Positions 53,419-62,613 of a stretch of DNA of 64,000 nucleotides are shown piece by piece. The notes below the pieces were generated by a model. That model saw nothing but the letters and a program-made list of their open reading frames with translations. It searched no databases and was not told the origin of the DNA. A program made the position numbers and the translations under genes. The first letter of the stretch is position 1; the number at the start of each line of letters is the position of its first letter. Origin of the DNA: an uncultured Rickettsiales bacterium (GTDB lineage: Bacteria; Myxococcota_A; UBA796; UBA9615; CAYRNR01); contig CAZDDH010000012.1 in the NCBI GenBank assembly GCA_964504165.1, forward strand, positions 3,213 to 67,212, written 5' to 3'.

Positions 53419-55512
53419 TTATGCTCCCACCGTGCCGAGGTTCTCGACCTTCGCCGAGCTGGAGATTTCCTGGCTGCTCAGCACACCTACAGTGGGTAAG
53501 ACACGCTCGAGGAGCCGGCGCAACGGGCGCCGGATAGCGGACGAGGTCAACAGAACCGGGAAGTGGTCACCGCGAGCGTGACGTTCCACCGCGGCGCCGA
53601 TCTTCTTGACCAGCTCGCGGACCTGGTTCGGTTCGAGTGCCACGAGAGTTCCCTCTTCATCCGACCGCAGATTCTCCTTGATGCGAGCCTCCACACCTGG
53701 GTGTAGAACCAAGCACCTTAGTTTACCGCGGTCGTCTTCGTATTGCCTCGTCAGCTGGCGTGCCAGTCGTCGTCGAACGGCTTCCGTCAGTTCGGCGGTC
53801 TCTTTGGTGCGCTCACCTTCGTCTGCCAACGTCTCGAGGATCGTCAGCATGTCGCGCACCGATACGTTCTCGGTGAGTAGATTGCGGATGACACGTAGCA
53901 CCACACCCAGCGAGAGTGTGGTGGGGATCAGGTCGTCGATGACCTTCGGATGGGTTTTGGCGATGGAGTCGAGGATACGCTGCAGCTCCTGGCGGTTGAT
54001 CAGCTCGGGAGCGTGGGTCTTGATCAGCTCGGAGAGGTGCGTACTGATCACGGTGGGTAGATCCACCACCGTGTAGCCTGCGCGGCGCGCCTCGTCCTGT
54101 TTCTCGGGTTTGATCCACACCGCGTCGAGCCCGAAGGCCGGCTCTCTGCCCGGTGTGCCGTGGATGCGGCGCCGTGCGTTGCCAGGATCGATGGCCATCA
54201 CGTGGCGGGGCAGCAGCTCTCCAGATGCGATCTCGATGCCCCGCAGCAGCACCCGGTATTCGCCCGGTTTGAGCTGGACGTTGTCGCGGATATGGATGGG
54301 GGGCACGACGATCCCCATGGAACGCGCCAGCTGCCGTCGCAGCCGCTGCACGCGCTCCATCAGCTCGCCACCCTTGCGCGGATCGACCAGCGGCACCAGG
54401 TCGAATCCGACCTCCATCTCCAGTGTGTCCAGGCTGAGCAGGTCCGACAGCGGCTCCGTATCCGGTACCTCTAGCTCATCGACCTCGACCGCCTTTGTGG
54501 CTTCGACGACCTCCTTGGCAGCGCGGCTCGCGCGCCAGAGGAGGAACAGCACGCCCATGGCGAGGAACGCAAACGGTACGCGGAATCCGGGAATCAACAA
54601 CAACAGTCCAAAGAGCAACGCCAGCGACGTCAACACCTTGGGATTGGACAGGAACTGCTTGCCGATCTGCTGGTCGAGCCGGAGTTCGCCGCCGACCCGT
54701 GTGACGATGATGCCGGCGGAGACGCTGATGACCAGGGCCGGGATCTGGCTGACGAGCCCGTCGCCGACCGTCAGGATGGTGTAGCTGGTGGTCGCCTCAC
54801 CCAGGGTCAGGTCGTGCCGGGCGACGCCGACGATGAGCCCGCCGATGATGTTGATGCCGGTGATCAACATGCCGGCGATGGCGTCACCGCGGATGAACTT
54901 GCTCGCACCGTCCATGGCGCCGTAGAATTCGCTCTCCAGGGCGATTTCCTTGCGGCGCGTGCGCGCTTCTTCTTCGGTGAGGATACCCGACGAGAGATCG
55001 GCATCGATGGCCATCTGCTTGCCGGGCAGGGCGTCCAACGTGAACCGGGCGGCCACCTCGGCGATGCGGCCGGCGCCCTTCGTGATCACGAAGAAATTGA
55101 TGATGATCAGCAGGATGAAGATCACCAGACCGACGACAAAATCGCCGGACACCATCAGGTGCCCGAAGGTCTCGATCAGGTGCCCCGCCGCGTCGCTGCC
55201 CTCGTGCCCGTGGAGCAGGATCAGCCGGGTCGAGGCCACGTTGAGGCTGAGCCGGAACAGCGTCGAGAACAACAACACTGTCGGGAAGACGCTGAACTCC
55301 AGCGGTTGGGTCACGTAGAAGGTGAGCAGGAAGACCAGCAGACTGATGCCCACCGAGAACGCCAGCAGCCCGTCCATCGTCCAGGCCTGGAGAGGTATGA
55401 CGATGGGGACCAGGATCAGGATAAAAGCGGCCGGCCAGAGCGTGCCAAGCTTGGCGGCAACTCCCGTGGCGGGCTGATTATTATCCGGTCCGGCCATCTT
55501 CGATCGTCCCAA
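53419..55512 (-). CDS. flhA: Flagellar type III export gate protein FlhA
   Basis: AEVAARFTLDALPGKQMAIDADL, GDGLVSQIPALVISVSAGIIVTR. 697 aa. Confidence 0.95.
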   Translation of the reverse strand: MGRSKMAGPDNNQPATGVAAKLGTLWPAAFILILVPIVIPLQAWTMDGLLAFSVGISLLVFLLTFYVTQPLEFSVFPTVLLFSTLFRLSLNVASTRLILLHGHEGSDAAGHLIETFGHLMVSGDFVVGLVIFILLIIINFFVITKGAGRIAEVAARFTLDALPGKQMAIDADLSSGILTEEEARTRRKEIALESEFYGAMDGASKFIRGDAIAGMLITGINIIGGLIVGVARHDLTLGEATTSYTILTVGDGLVSQIPALVISVSAGIIVTRVGGELRLDQQIGKQFLSNPKVLTSLALLFGLLLLIPGFRVPFAFLAMGVLFLLWRASRAAKEVVEATKAVEVDELEVPDTEPLSDLLSLDTLEMEVGFDLVPLVDPRKGGELMERVQRLRRQLARSMGIVVPPIHIRDNVQLKPGEYRVLLRGIEIASGELLPRHVMAIDPGNARRRIHGTPGREPAFGLDAVWIKPEKQDEARRAGYTVVDLPTVISTHLSELIKTHAPELINRQELQRILDSIAKTHPKVIDDLIPTTLSLGVVLRVIRNLLTENVSVRDMLTILETLADEGERTKETAELTEAVRRRLARQLTRQYEDDRGKLRCLVLHPGVEARIKENLRSDEEGTLVALEPNQVRELVKKIGAAVERHARGDHFPVLLTSSAIRRPLRRLLERVLPTVGVLSSQEISSSAKVENLGTVGA

Positions 55513-55526
55513 TCCCTGACGCTGTG

Positions 55527-56636
55527 TCAGGCGCTTGACGCTCTGTCGTTCTCCGACTCCATGCCTCTAAGGCCTCGTATCCTGTGGACAAAGCTGAGAA
55601 CTTCGGCCACAGGTCCGAAGGTCTCATCGGGGATCGGTTGTCCCACTTCACACAGTTGATACAAGGTCCGTGCCAGGGTTCGGTTTTCGAGCTGGGGAAT
55701 CGAATGACGGCGCGCTTCTGCCCGGATCCGTAGTGCGATCTGATCGGCTCCCATGGCCATCACGATGGGGACGTCGGTCTCGCCGTGGATGTACTTGAGG
55801 GCCACGGCGATGTGGGTGGGGTTGTTGATGACCACATCTGCGTCGGCGACATTGCCGATCATGCGGTTGGCGGACAGCTGGTGGGCGATCCGTTTTCTTC
55901 GTGAGCGCAGGTGGGGATCACCTTCCTGATCCTTGAGGTCCCGTTTGAGTTCGTCGCGGGTCATCCGCATCTTCTTGTTGATGCGGTAGACCTGGATGCC
56001 GTAATCCAACGCGGCGGTCGCCATCAGCGCCACGGTGGCCGCGGCACACAGGCGGACGATGGCGTTGCCGAGGGTGCGCATCCCGCTGTGCAGGTCGGCC
56101 CGGTCGAGGGCCATGACCCGGAACGCGTCGGTCCGGAACACGATGTAGCAGGCGATGCCGATGGCCACCAGCTTGAGGATGGATTTGAGGAGCTCCTGGA
56201 GTGAGTCGGGGCTGGCCAGCTTCTTGAGGCCCTGGAGCGGGTTCAGCTTTTCGAACTTGGGCTGGAGCACCTTGAAGGTCAGGTTGCCCTTGGTCTGGAC
56301 AATCCCGACCAGCAGGGAGGCGAGCCACATCACGATGAACGCCGGCGCCATGGCTATCAGGGCGTGATTGAGCAGGTCCGGGGCCCAGGTCAGCACCGAT
56401 TCGACGGCCGCGGTGGGTTCGACCATCATGGCAAAAGGAGCCTTGAAGGACTGTGCGACGGCCGTCGCCGCTGCGCCGCCACCGATCGCGATGATGGGAA
56501 CGGTCACCATCATGCCCACGGTAGAGATCAGGTCCCGGGAGACGGGAACCTGCCCGTCGTCCCGGAACTGCTTGCGACGTTGGTCGGTCGGCTCCTCCGT
56601 GCGTTCTTGGTTGTCCTGGTCTCCTCCTTCCGGCAT
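55527..56636 (-). CDS. flhB: Flagellar export switch protein FlhB
   Basis: EEPTDQRRKQFRDDGQVPVSRD and the NPTH autocleavage site (VVINNPTHIAVAL). Confidence 0.95.
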   Translation of the reverse strand: MPEGGDQDNQERTEEPTDQRRKQFRDDGQVPVSRDLISTVGMMVTVPIIAIGGGAAATAVAQSFKAPFAMMVEPTAAVESVLTWAPDLLNHALIAMAPAFIVMWLASLLVGIVQTKGNLTFKVLQPKFEKLNPLQGLKKLASPDSLQELLKSILKLVAIGIACYIVFRTDAFRVMALDRADLHSGMRTLGNAIVRLCAAATVALMATAALDYGIQVYRINKKMRMTRDELKRDLKDQEGDPHLRSRRKRIAHQLSANRMIGNVADADVVINNPTHIAVALKYIHGETDVPIVMAMGADQIALRIRAEARRHSIPQLENRTLARTLYQLCEVGQPIPDETFGPVAEVLSFVHRIRGLRGMESENDRASSA

Positions 56637-56639
56637 GGC

Positions 56640-57407
56640 TCAGATCCCCAGCGGCAGCATCAGCGCTCGGTACAGGCTGCCCAGCAGGTGATCGATGCCT
56701 CCCATGGGATCGCGCAGCACGACGAGGAGGGCCACCAGTCCGAGGACCAGGTTGAGCAGGATGCCGATGGCGAAGTAGACGTTGAGCTGGGGCGCGGCCT
56801 TGGTGGCCAGGGCGATGGCCAGGGTGCTGAGCATGGTCGCTCCCACCACCGGCAAGGCCATCTCGCAGCCGGCTAGTAACACGCCGTTGAGCATGTTGGA
56901 GGCGAGGATGCTCAGCTGCGGATCCATCCAGTCACCACCCACGGGAACGTGGCCGAATGAGGTCAGCAGGCCGCGTATCAGCAGGTTGTGACCACCCGCT
57001 ACCACCACGGCCAGCCCGATGAAACTGGTCATCAGGCGGGCGATCTCGCTGGACTGGGATCCGGTCTGGGGATCGAACAGTGCGGAGATGCCCGTGCCGA
57101 TCTGGAATCCCATGATCGTGCCGGCCAGGTTGACCGCCGAGAAGACCATCAGCGCCATCCAGCCCATCGCCAGCCCCAGCGCTGCCTCGCTGACGACCAT
57201 CGCGCTGAAGCCCCACCAGTCCGTCGGTACCACTGTGTTCTCGGCGGCCAGAGGAGCCACGACGAATGCCAAGATCAGGGAGAAGGCCAACCGGAAGCGG
57301 GCGGGGATCTGACGGGAAATCACCGGTGCGGTCGCGAAGAAACCGTAGCAGCGAAGCCCCGCGGCCAACCAGGTGACCATCAGTGCGGGATCCGTCAGTA
57401 AGTTCAT
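56640..57407 (-). CDS. fliR: Flagellar export apparatus protein FliR
   Basis: ATG at 57407 overlapping the fliQ stop (ATGA). Polytopic protein of 255 aa. Trimmed from the 354-aa track ORF. Confidence 0.85.
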   Translation of the reverse strand: MNLLTDPALMVTWLAAGLRCYGFFATAPVISRQIPARFRLAFSLILAFVVAPLAAENTVVPTDWWGFSAMVVSEAALGLAMGWMALMVFSAVNLAGTIMGFQIGTGISALFDPQTGSQSSEIARLMTSFIGLAVVVAGGHNLLIRGLLTSFGHVPVGGDWMDPQLSILASNMLNGVLLAGCEMALPVVGATMLSTLAIALATKAAPQLNVYFAIGILLNLVLGLVALLVVLRDPMGGIDHLLGSLYRALMLPLGI

Positions 57408-57676
57408 GGGATCGGACCGCGGGCGACGAGAGCGAAGATCCCTTCGGTGAAATCCATCACGTTGGACAACATGAACGATCCGAAGATCAACAAGCCCAGC
57501 AGCACCGCACAGATCTTGGGCACGAAGACCAAGGTCATCTCGTGCACCTGCGTCGCGGCCTGGAACACGGCGATGAACAGTCCAACGGACATGGAGACCA
57601 GCAGCAAGGGGCCGGCGGTCATCAACACCGTGAACACGGCCAGCCGGCCGATTTCTAAAGCGTAGGCCGGATCCAT
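57404..57676 (-). CDS. fliQ: Flagellar export apparatus protein FliQ
   Basis: 90 aa, two TM helices, VFQAATQVHEMTLVFVPK. Confidence 0.9.
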   Translation of the reverse strand: MDPAYALEIGRLAVFTVLMTAGPLLLVSMSVGLFIAVFQAATQVHEMTLVFVPKICAVLLGLLIFGSFMLSNVMDFTEGIFALVARGPIP

Positions 57677-59121
57677 TAGCCAAACCCCTGCAGGAGGGAC
57701 GCAATCAGTAGATTCCAGCCATCCACCAGCACGAACACCAGGATCTTGAACGGCAAAGAGATCACCACGGGGGGCAGGACCATCATGCCCATGGCCAGCA
57801 ACACGGTGCTGACAATGAGGTCGACGAGCAAGAACGGCACATAGATCAGGAAGCCGATCTCGAACGCCGTACGCAATTCCGAGAGCATGAATGCCGGCAC
57901 GAGCACGGTGAACGGCACATCATTGCGGGATTCAGGGCGCGGAGTGGAGCTGTACTGGACCATCAGCTCCAGGTCCTTCATCCGCGTCTGCCGGAACATG
58001 AAATCCCGCAATGGAGGCGCGCCCTTTTCGAGGGCTTCCGCGAAGGTGATGTCCCCCGCCCTGTACGGATCGAAGGCGTTGGTCTTCATCTCGCTGAACA
58101 CCGGCGCCATGATGAAGAACGTCAGGAACAAGGCCAGGCCGATCATGACCTGGTTGGGCGGGCTATTTTGCGTCCCCATCGCCTGGCGCAAGAACGAGAA
58201 CACGATGATCAAGCGGGTGAAGCTGGTCAGCGTGATCAGCAGCGAGGGCGCCAGCGCCGCGATGGTGAGGATCCCCAGTGCCGTTAGCGCGGTCCCCATC
58301 CATGTGGGGTCGTCCGACGGCGTGAGCAGCCCTACCAGGGTAGGAGCCTGCTCCTGGGCCAGCGCCACGGCCGGCGCAGTCAACGCGGCGGCTCCGAGGA
58401 ACAGCACCAATCCCTTGATCCCGCGGCTCTTCTTGACGCGGCGCACCTGCTCCAGGACTCGATCGGCGAGCTCCTGGTGGGTCGGCTCGTCCAGCGAGTC
58501 GGGCGATTCACTGAGCCGGAACATGCCGCTGTCGGTGAGCTCTTCGCTCAACTCCTGGGGTATCAGGTCCCCGGCTCCCGCGGCGTCTAAATCCAATTGT
58601 ATCCGGGATTGGTTTTCGTCTTGAGCCGGTGGCTCCGACTCATCGATGACCACGTCCGCGACCATCGGGGGCGCAGATCCGACGCCGCCCGTGGCGGGGA
58701 GCTGGCCCAGGGAGACCATGCCGCCTTGCCAGCTGCCTACCAGAAGTTGGTGGCCGTCGGCCCGGACCAGGTGGATCGTCTGCCCGTTGGCCAGCGCGGT
58801 ACTCTCGACCACCGCCAACCGGTTGGGTTTCTTGCTCGATCGCCGGACTCCCTTGAGCCAGCTGGATAATTTGCCCTTCTTGGTGGCCCAGAACAGGACC
58901 CCGAGCATGGCCATCAGCAGCAAGTTGGCGATCAGCCAACGCCCCCACTTGATGGATGAGCCGGGGAGTTCGGGCTCGGCTTCGGTCGGAGCAGCGGCCG
59001 CCTCCACGGTCGCCTCGCCGGCAAAATATTGATCCCAGGTCGAGTCCTCTTCGGCCCACGCGGGAGCACCGGGGGCGAACAACGCAGCGATCAGCAGCGG
59101 TATCGTGAGGAGACGGGTCAT
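57676..59121 (-). CDS. fliP: FliO-like and FliP encoded in one continuous reading frame (fusion or nested genes)
   Basis: ATG at 59121. FliO-like TM helix plus RLAVVESTALANGQTIHLVRADGHQLLVG. Acidic linker. FliP signal peptide and core TSFTRLIIVFSFLRQAMGTQNSPPNQV. Possible internal GTG at 58446 preceded by GGAG. Confidence 0.8.
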   Translation of the reverse strand: MTRLLTIPLLIAALFAPGAPAWAEEDSTWDQYFAGEATVEAAAAPTEAEPELPGSSIKWGRWLIANLLLMAMLGVLFWATKKGKLSSWLKGVRRSSKKPNRLAVVESTALANGQTIHLVRADGHQLLVGSWQGGMVSLGQLPATGGVGSAPPMVADVVIDESEPPAQDENQSRIQLDLDAAGAGDLIPQELSEELTDSGMFRLSESPDSLDEPTHQELADRVLEQVRRVKKSRGIKGLVLFLGAAALTAPAVALAQEQAPTLVGLLTPSDDPTWMGTALTALGILTIAALAPSLLITLTSFTRLIIVFSFLRQAMGTQNSPPNQVMIGLALFLTFFIMAPVFSEMKTNAFDPYRAGDITFAEALEKGAPPLRDFMFRQTRMKDLELMVQYSSTPRPESRNDVPFTVLVPAFMLSELRTAFEIGFLIYVPFLLVDLIVSTVLLAMGMMVLPPVVISLPFKILVFVLVDGWNLLIASLLQGFG

Positions 59122-59125
59122 GAGT

Positions 59126-59419
59126 TCACGCCAGGGACTGCAGCCGGTCGGCCGTGGCGACGATATCGAGGATCCGGATCGCCAGGCGGTCCTGGTCAAC
59201 AAGGACCTCGCCGCGGGCGATGACCTGGCCATTGACCACGAGCTCCATCGGGTCATCGACCCGCCGGTCTAGCTCGAGGATGGAGTTGGGCTCCAGGCGC
59301 AGCAGATCGCGAATACGCATCCGTCGCTGACCCAGGCGGATGGTCATCTCCAGGGGAATGTCGATGATGCGTTGCCATTGTTCATCCCCCGAGGGGTTGC
59401 CAGAAGTCGTGGCACTCAT
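59126..59419 (-). CDS. fliN: Flagellar motor switch protein FliN
   Basis: ATG at 59419 overlapping the fliM stop (ATGA). IPLEMTIRLGQRRMRIRDLLRLEPNSILELDRRVDDPMELVVNG. Confidence 0.9.
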   Translation of the reverse strand: MSATTSGNPSGDEQWQRIIDIPLEMTIRLGQRRMRIRDLLRLEPNSILELDRRVDDPMELVVNGQVIARGEVLVDQDRLAIRILDIVATADRLQSLA

Positions 59420-60360
59420 TTGACGCTCTCCTCTACTGATTTCACTGAGATAGCCCAATGCTCTTCTATGATCCCTGGGATACCGTGAACGGTGTCCACG
59501 TCCCCCGCGCGAAGCGTGGCGGTGGGATTGGTGGGTAACATCAGCTCGTCCCCGACCTGCAAGGACAAGATCTCGTCGAGGGTGAATTCACCCACCGAGA
59601 CGAAGGCCTCCAGATCGACGTTGAGCCAGCTCAAGCTGTCCTTCATCTCCTGGCTGCCGTCGGCGACCGGGTCTCCCTGCTCGGTATGGCTTCGCAGCAG
59701 CTTGGCCACCCAGCCGGGCATCCGGAACTCGATCCCGCCCAGCACGTCCGGCCCCAGGAACACCTCGAAACGCGCTGCCATCGAGGGCCGGGCAGAGTGG
59801 TCCCCGGGTAGGGACGCCACATCTGAAGACGCCGCCAGGACCGTGAAACTGGTGTCGTGGTTGCGGGGCCAGCCGTAGGTGAGGGCGTCGGACAATCCGT
59901 TTGCGGCGCGGCGCACCAGCCTCAGGTCGATCTCGGTCAGTTTCCGTTCCTCGTCGCCGGCGATTGGCACCTGGGCCGTGAAATCAAAACCGAGCATGCC
60001 GGAAATCAGTGCGTCCACGAGGGGCATGTCCCAAACGGACAGGAAGGGCTCCCGGTCGTCCTCCGTCCCGATGAGCGCCAGGCCCGCCGTTTCGTTTCCG
60101 GTGAAGCCGCTCCGTGGGACCATGCCGCGGAGCGTGCAGCGGAACTGGTCGCTGACGTGCACGATGAGCCAGTTTTCCAGCATGCGGGCCGTTTCCTGCA
60201 GCCACCACTCCAGCTCGCCCTGGATCGGGCCGAGATCCAGCTGCTGCGGTGGATAGGACTCGGTCTGGCCGCCGTCCAGATCGATCTGGCCCTCTGCCAG
60301 TGCTTCCAGCAGATTTTCGACTTGATCGCGGCTGAGGGATGGTTCGGCCATTGGATTCAC
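59416..60360 (-). CDS. fliM: Flagellar motor switch protein FliM
   Basis: N-terminal CheY-P-binding-like LSRDQVENLLEAL. C-terminal SpoA-like domain. Confidence 0.85.
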   Translation of the reverse strand: MNPMAEPSLSRDQVENLLEALAEGQIDLDGGQTESYPPQQLDLGPIQGELEWWLQETARMLENWLIVHVSDQFRCTLRGMVPRSGFTGNETAGLALIGTEDDREPFLSVWDMPLVDALISGMLGFDFTAQVPIAGDEERKLTEIDLRLVRRAANGLSDALTYGWPRNHDTSFTVLAASSDVASLPGDHSARPSMAARFEVFLGPDVLGGIEFRMPGWVAKLLRSHTEQGDPVADGSQEMKDSLSWLNVDLEAFVSVGEFTLDEILSLQVGDELMLPTNPTATLRAGDVDTVHGIPGIIEEHWAISVKSVEESVK

Positions 60361-60860
60361 TGCACCAGGAACTCGGTGAAGTAGATGCGGGTGACGGTCC
60401 CCGTGGTCAGCGACTGGTTCATCCGACGGAGCAGCTCCTCGCGGACCTGCGTCTTGCCGCGCACGCCGAGCAGCTCGGCGTAGGTGCGGTTGGACAGTAC
60501 GGAGATGACCATGTCCTGGAGTTGCGGCTTCCGTTCGTCCAGCTCGGCTATCATGTCCGTCGAACTGAGCTCCAGCTCCAGCTGGACCTTGACGAAGCGG
60601 ATGTTGGCGCTATCCATCAAATTGACCACGAACGGATCGAAGGTATACGTACCGGCTGCTGCCGTGGGTAGATCGACGTTGGCGGCGGTCTCGGTGACCT
60701 GGGCCGAGGAGACGGCGGCCTCCGGCTTCTTGAGCATGTTCATCACGCTCAGGCCGCCGACGACCAGGATCAGTACCGTATTGGAGATACCCAGGATGAT
60801 GGGCAGCTTGGACGGGCCGCCGCCCTCCGCCGGTTCATCCTTTTTTTTATCTTTAGCCAT
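60357..60860 (-). CDS. fliL: Flagellar basal-body-associated protein FliL
   Basis: Single TM helix, then FDPFVVNLMDSANIRFVKVQLELE...TRIYFTEFLVQ. Confidence 0.85.
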   Translation of the reverse strand: MAKDKKKDEPAEGGGPSKLPIILGISNTVLILVVGGLSVMNMLKKPEAAVSSAQVTETAANVDLPTAAAGTYTFDPFVVNLMDSANIRFVKVQLELELSSTDMIAELDERKPQLQDMVISVLSNRTYAELLGVRGKTQVREELLRRMNQSLTTGTVTRIYFTEFLVQ

Positions 60861-60884
60861 GTCTTATCTCCTTGCCGCGATGGG

Positions 60885-61634
60885 CTACCAGCCGGCCGAC
60901 TCGGCGGAGTCGCGCGTCGAACTACTCGATGTGATCAGCACGATCTCCACCCGCCGATTCCTGGAACGGTTGGCGGCAGAGTTGTTGGGGGAAAGTGGCT
61001 GTGCGTCGCCCTGGCTGACCACCCGCAATCGATCGCGATCGATCGGTTCGCGCCCCTCCACATAGGTCAACACCGACACCGCCCTCCGGGCGCCGACTTC
61101 CCAGTTGGTCCGTGGATCGGTGCCTCCCGTGTTGTCCGTGTGGCCCACGAATTCCACCATGCAGTCGTTGTCCTCGATCACCTTGGCCACGTCAGACAGG
61201 AAGGCGTAGGCCCCTGGTTGCAGTTCGTCCGATCCCTCGGAGAACAGCAGCGTCTCGTCCACGGAGATGGTCACGGAGTCGTTGGCGTGGCCGATCTGGA
61301 GGAACTTGTCGCTGTGGTACTTGGCCAGCGCCTCGGCCACCTGGGTATTGAGATTGGAGGCCGTGTCCTCGGTGCTGCGGTTGACGGTCTTGATGGACAT
61401 CAGCTCCTTGCGCCCCTTGGCAGAGGTGGGGCCACCATCCAGGACACCGAGGGCGCCGCGTAAGCTCCCCAGGGCAATCTTGATCTGGTCATCTTGCAGG
61501 GTGGACATGGCCACCAGCAGGATGAAGAAGGTCAGCAGCAGGGTCATGAGGTCGGCGAAGGTCACCATCCAAGCCGGCGCGCCGCCGCCGTCGCCGTCGT
61601 CTGCGCTAACCTTTTTTTTGGTTTGCTGTGCCAT
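60885..61634 (-). CDS. motB: Flagellar stator protein MotB (OmpA-like C-terminus)
   Basis: WMVTFADLMTLLLTFFILL with the conserved Asp. C-terminal GHTDNTGG...NWEVGARRAVSV. Confidence 0.9.
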   Translation of the reverse strand: MAQQTKKKVSADDGDGGGAPAWMVTFADLMTLLLTFFILLVAMSTLQDDQIKIALGSLRGALGVLDGGPTSAKGRKELMSIKTVNRSTEDTASNLNTQVAEALAKYHSDKFLQIGHANDSVTISVDETLLFSEGSDELQPGAYAFLSDVAKVIEDNDCMVEFVGHTDNTGGTDPRTNWEVGARRAVSVLTYVEGREPIDRDRLRVVSQGDAQPLSPNNSAANRSRNRRVEIVLITSSSSTRDSAESAGW

Positions 61635-61636
61635 GG

Positions 61637-62401
61637 TCAGGCCGTCTCAACTTCGCGGTCCTGGGGGCGGAGCATCGCCTGGAGCCTTGCCTTGAGTACG
61701 TGGGGATCGTCCCCCGAAAGCAGGCCGAGGAACCCGGCGAGCAGGATCTCCATGTAAAAGGCCTCTTCGCTGGCACGGATGCGCAGCTTTCCGGCCAGTG
61801 GGATGAACACCACGTTGGCAATCAACGAGCCGTAGAAGGTGGTGACCAGAGCGGTGGCCATGGCGGGGCCGATGGTGGACGGGTCGTCCATCGTCTGCAG
61901 CATCTGGATCAGGCCGATGATGGTCCCGAGCATGCCGAAGGCCGGGGCGTAGACCCCCATCTTGTCGATGAGCTGCGCACCCAACTTGTGGCGGGATTCC
62001 ATGGCCGCGACTTCCGCCTCGAGGATACCCTGCACAACATCGGCCTCGCGACCGTCGACCACCAGCCGTAGGCCCTTTTGGAAGAATTCGCTCTTCAGGT
62101 CGCCTTCGTGGGACTGCAGGCTGAGCAGGCCCTCCCGGCGAGCCTTGCGGGCCAGCTCCGCAAAGATCGCGACGATCTCGGCGTTGTCGGGGGTCTTGCC
62201 GAAGAAGGCCTTGGAGGTCACCTTGACCACCCCGATGACCATCCCGGCCGGGTAGGTGATGAGCGTTGCACCCATGGTGCCGCCGAAGACGATCATGATG
62301 GAGGGGATGTTGACGAACATCGACGCCCCCTCCCTGGTCAAGATGGCCAGGACAATCAGGGCGGCGCAAGCGACAATTCCTATCAGCGTGGTGAGGTCCA
62401 C
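61637..62401 (-). CDS. motA: Flagellar stator protein MotA
   Basis: GTG start at 62401 preceded by GGAGAAG. MotA/TolQ/ExbB channel motif PAFGMLGTIIGLIQML. Confidence 0.9.
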   Translation of the reverse strand: MDLTTLIGIVACAALIVLAILTREGASMFVNIPSIMIVFGGTMGATLITYPAGMVIGVVKVTSKAFFGKTPDNAEIVAIFAELARKARREGLLSLQSHEGDLKSEFFQKGLRLVVDGREADVVQGILEAEVAAMESRHKLGAQLIDKMGVYAPAFGMLGTIIGLIQMLQTMDDPSTIGPAMATALVTTFYGSLIANVVFIPLAGKLRIRASEEAFYMEILLAGFLGLLSGDDPHVLKARLQAMLRPQDREVETA

Positions 62402-62428
62402 AGCTACTTCTCCGTGGTTGGTGATGAC

Positions 62429-62444
62429 AGCAATGATTGTGCCA
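62429..62444 (-). promoter_or_regulatory. Sigma-54 (-24/-12) promoter in front of motA
   Basis: Minus strand reads TGGCAC-AATCA-TTGCT, which matches the TGGCAC-N5-TTGCW core at every fixed position. The -12 element lies 28 nt upstream of the motA GTG. Confidence 0.65.
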
Positions 62445-62543
62445 GGTGGCGCGAGAGGACGGTAAATGGCGGCGAGGCCTTGTGGCGGCCGGTATTCGTG
62501 GGATCGGGAGGCAGTAACAAACGCCGAGGATGAACGCCGAATC

Positions 62544-62581
62544 CGTCAGCGCCCTGTCTTGCCGTCAATCGTTTGACGTCA
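62544..62581 (-). promoter_or_regulatory. Candidate enhancer (UAS) of overlapping palindromes with three TGACG half-sites
   Basis: Minus strand reads TGACGTCA overlapping CGTCAA-ACGA-TTGACG, with another TGACG about 20 nt further on. Lies about 100-135 nt upstream of the sigma-54 promoter. Confidence 0.25.
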
Positions 62582-62613
62582 CGGATATGAGCCGACCACC
62601 TTTCGTGGACCGC

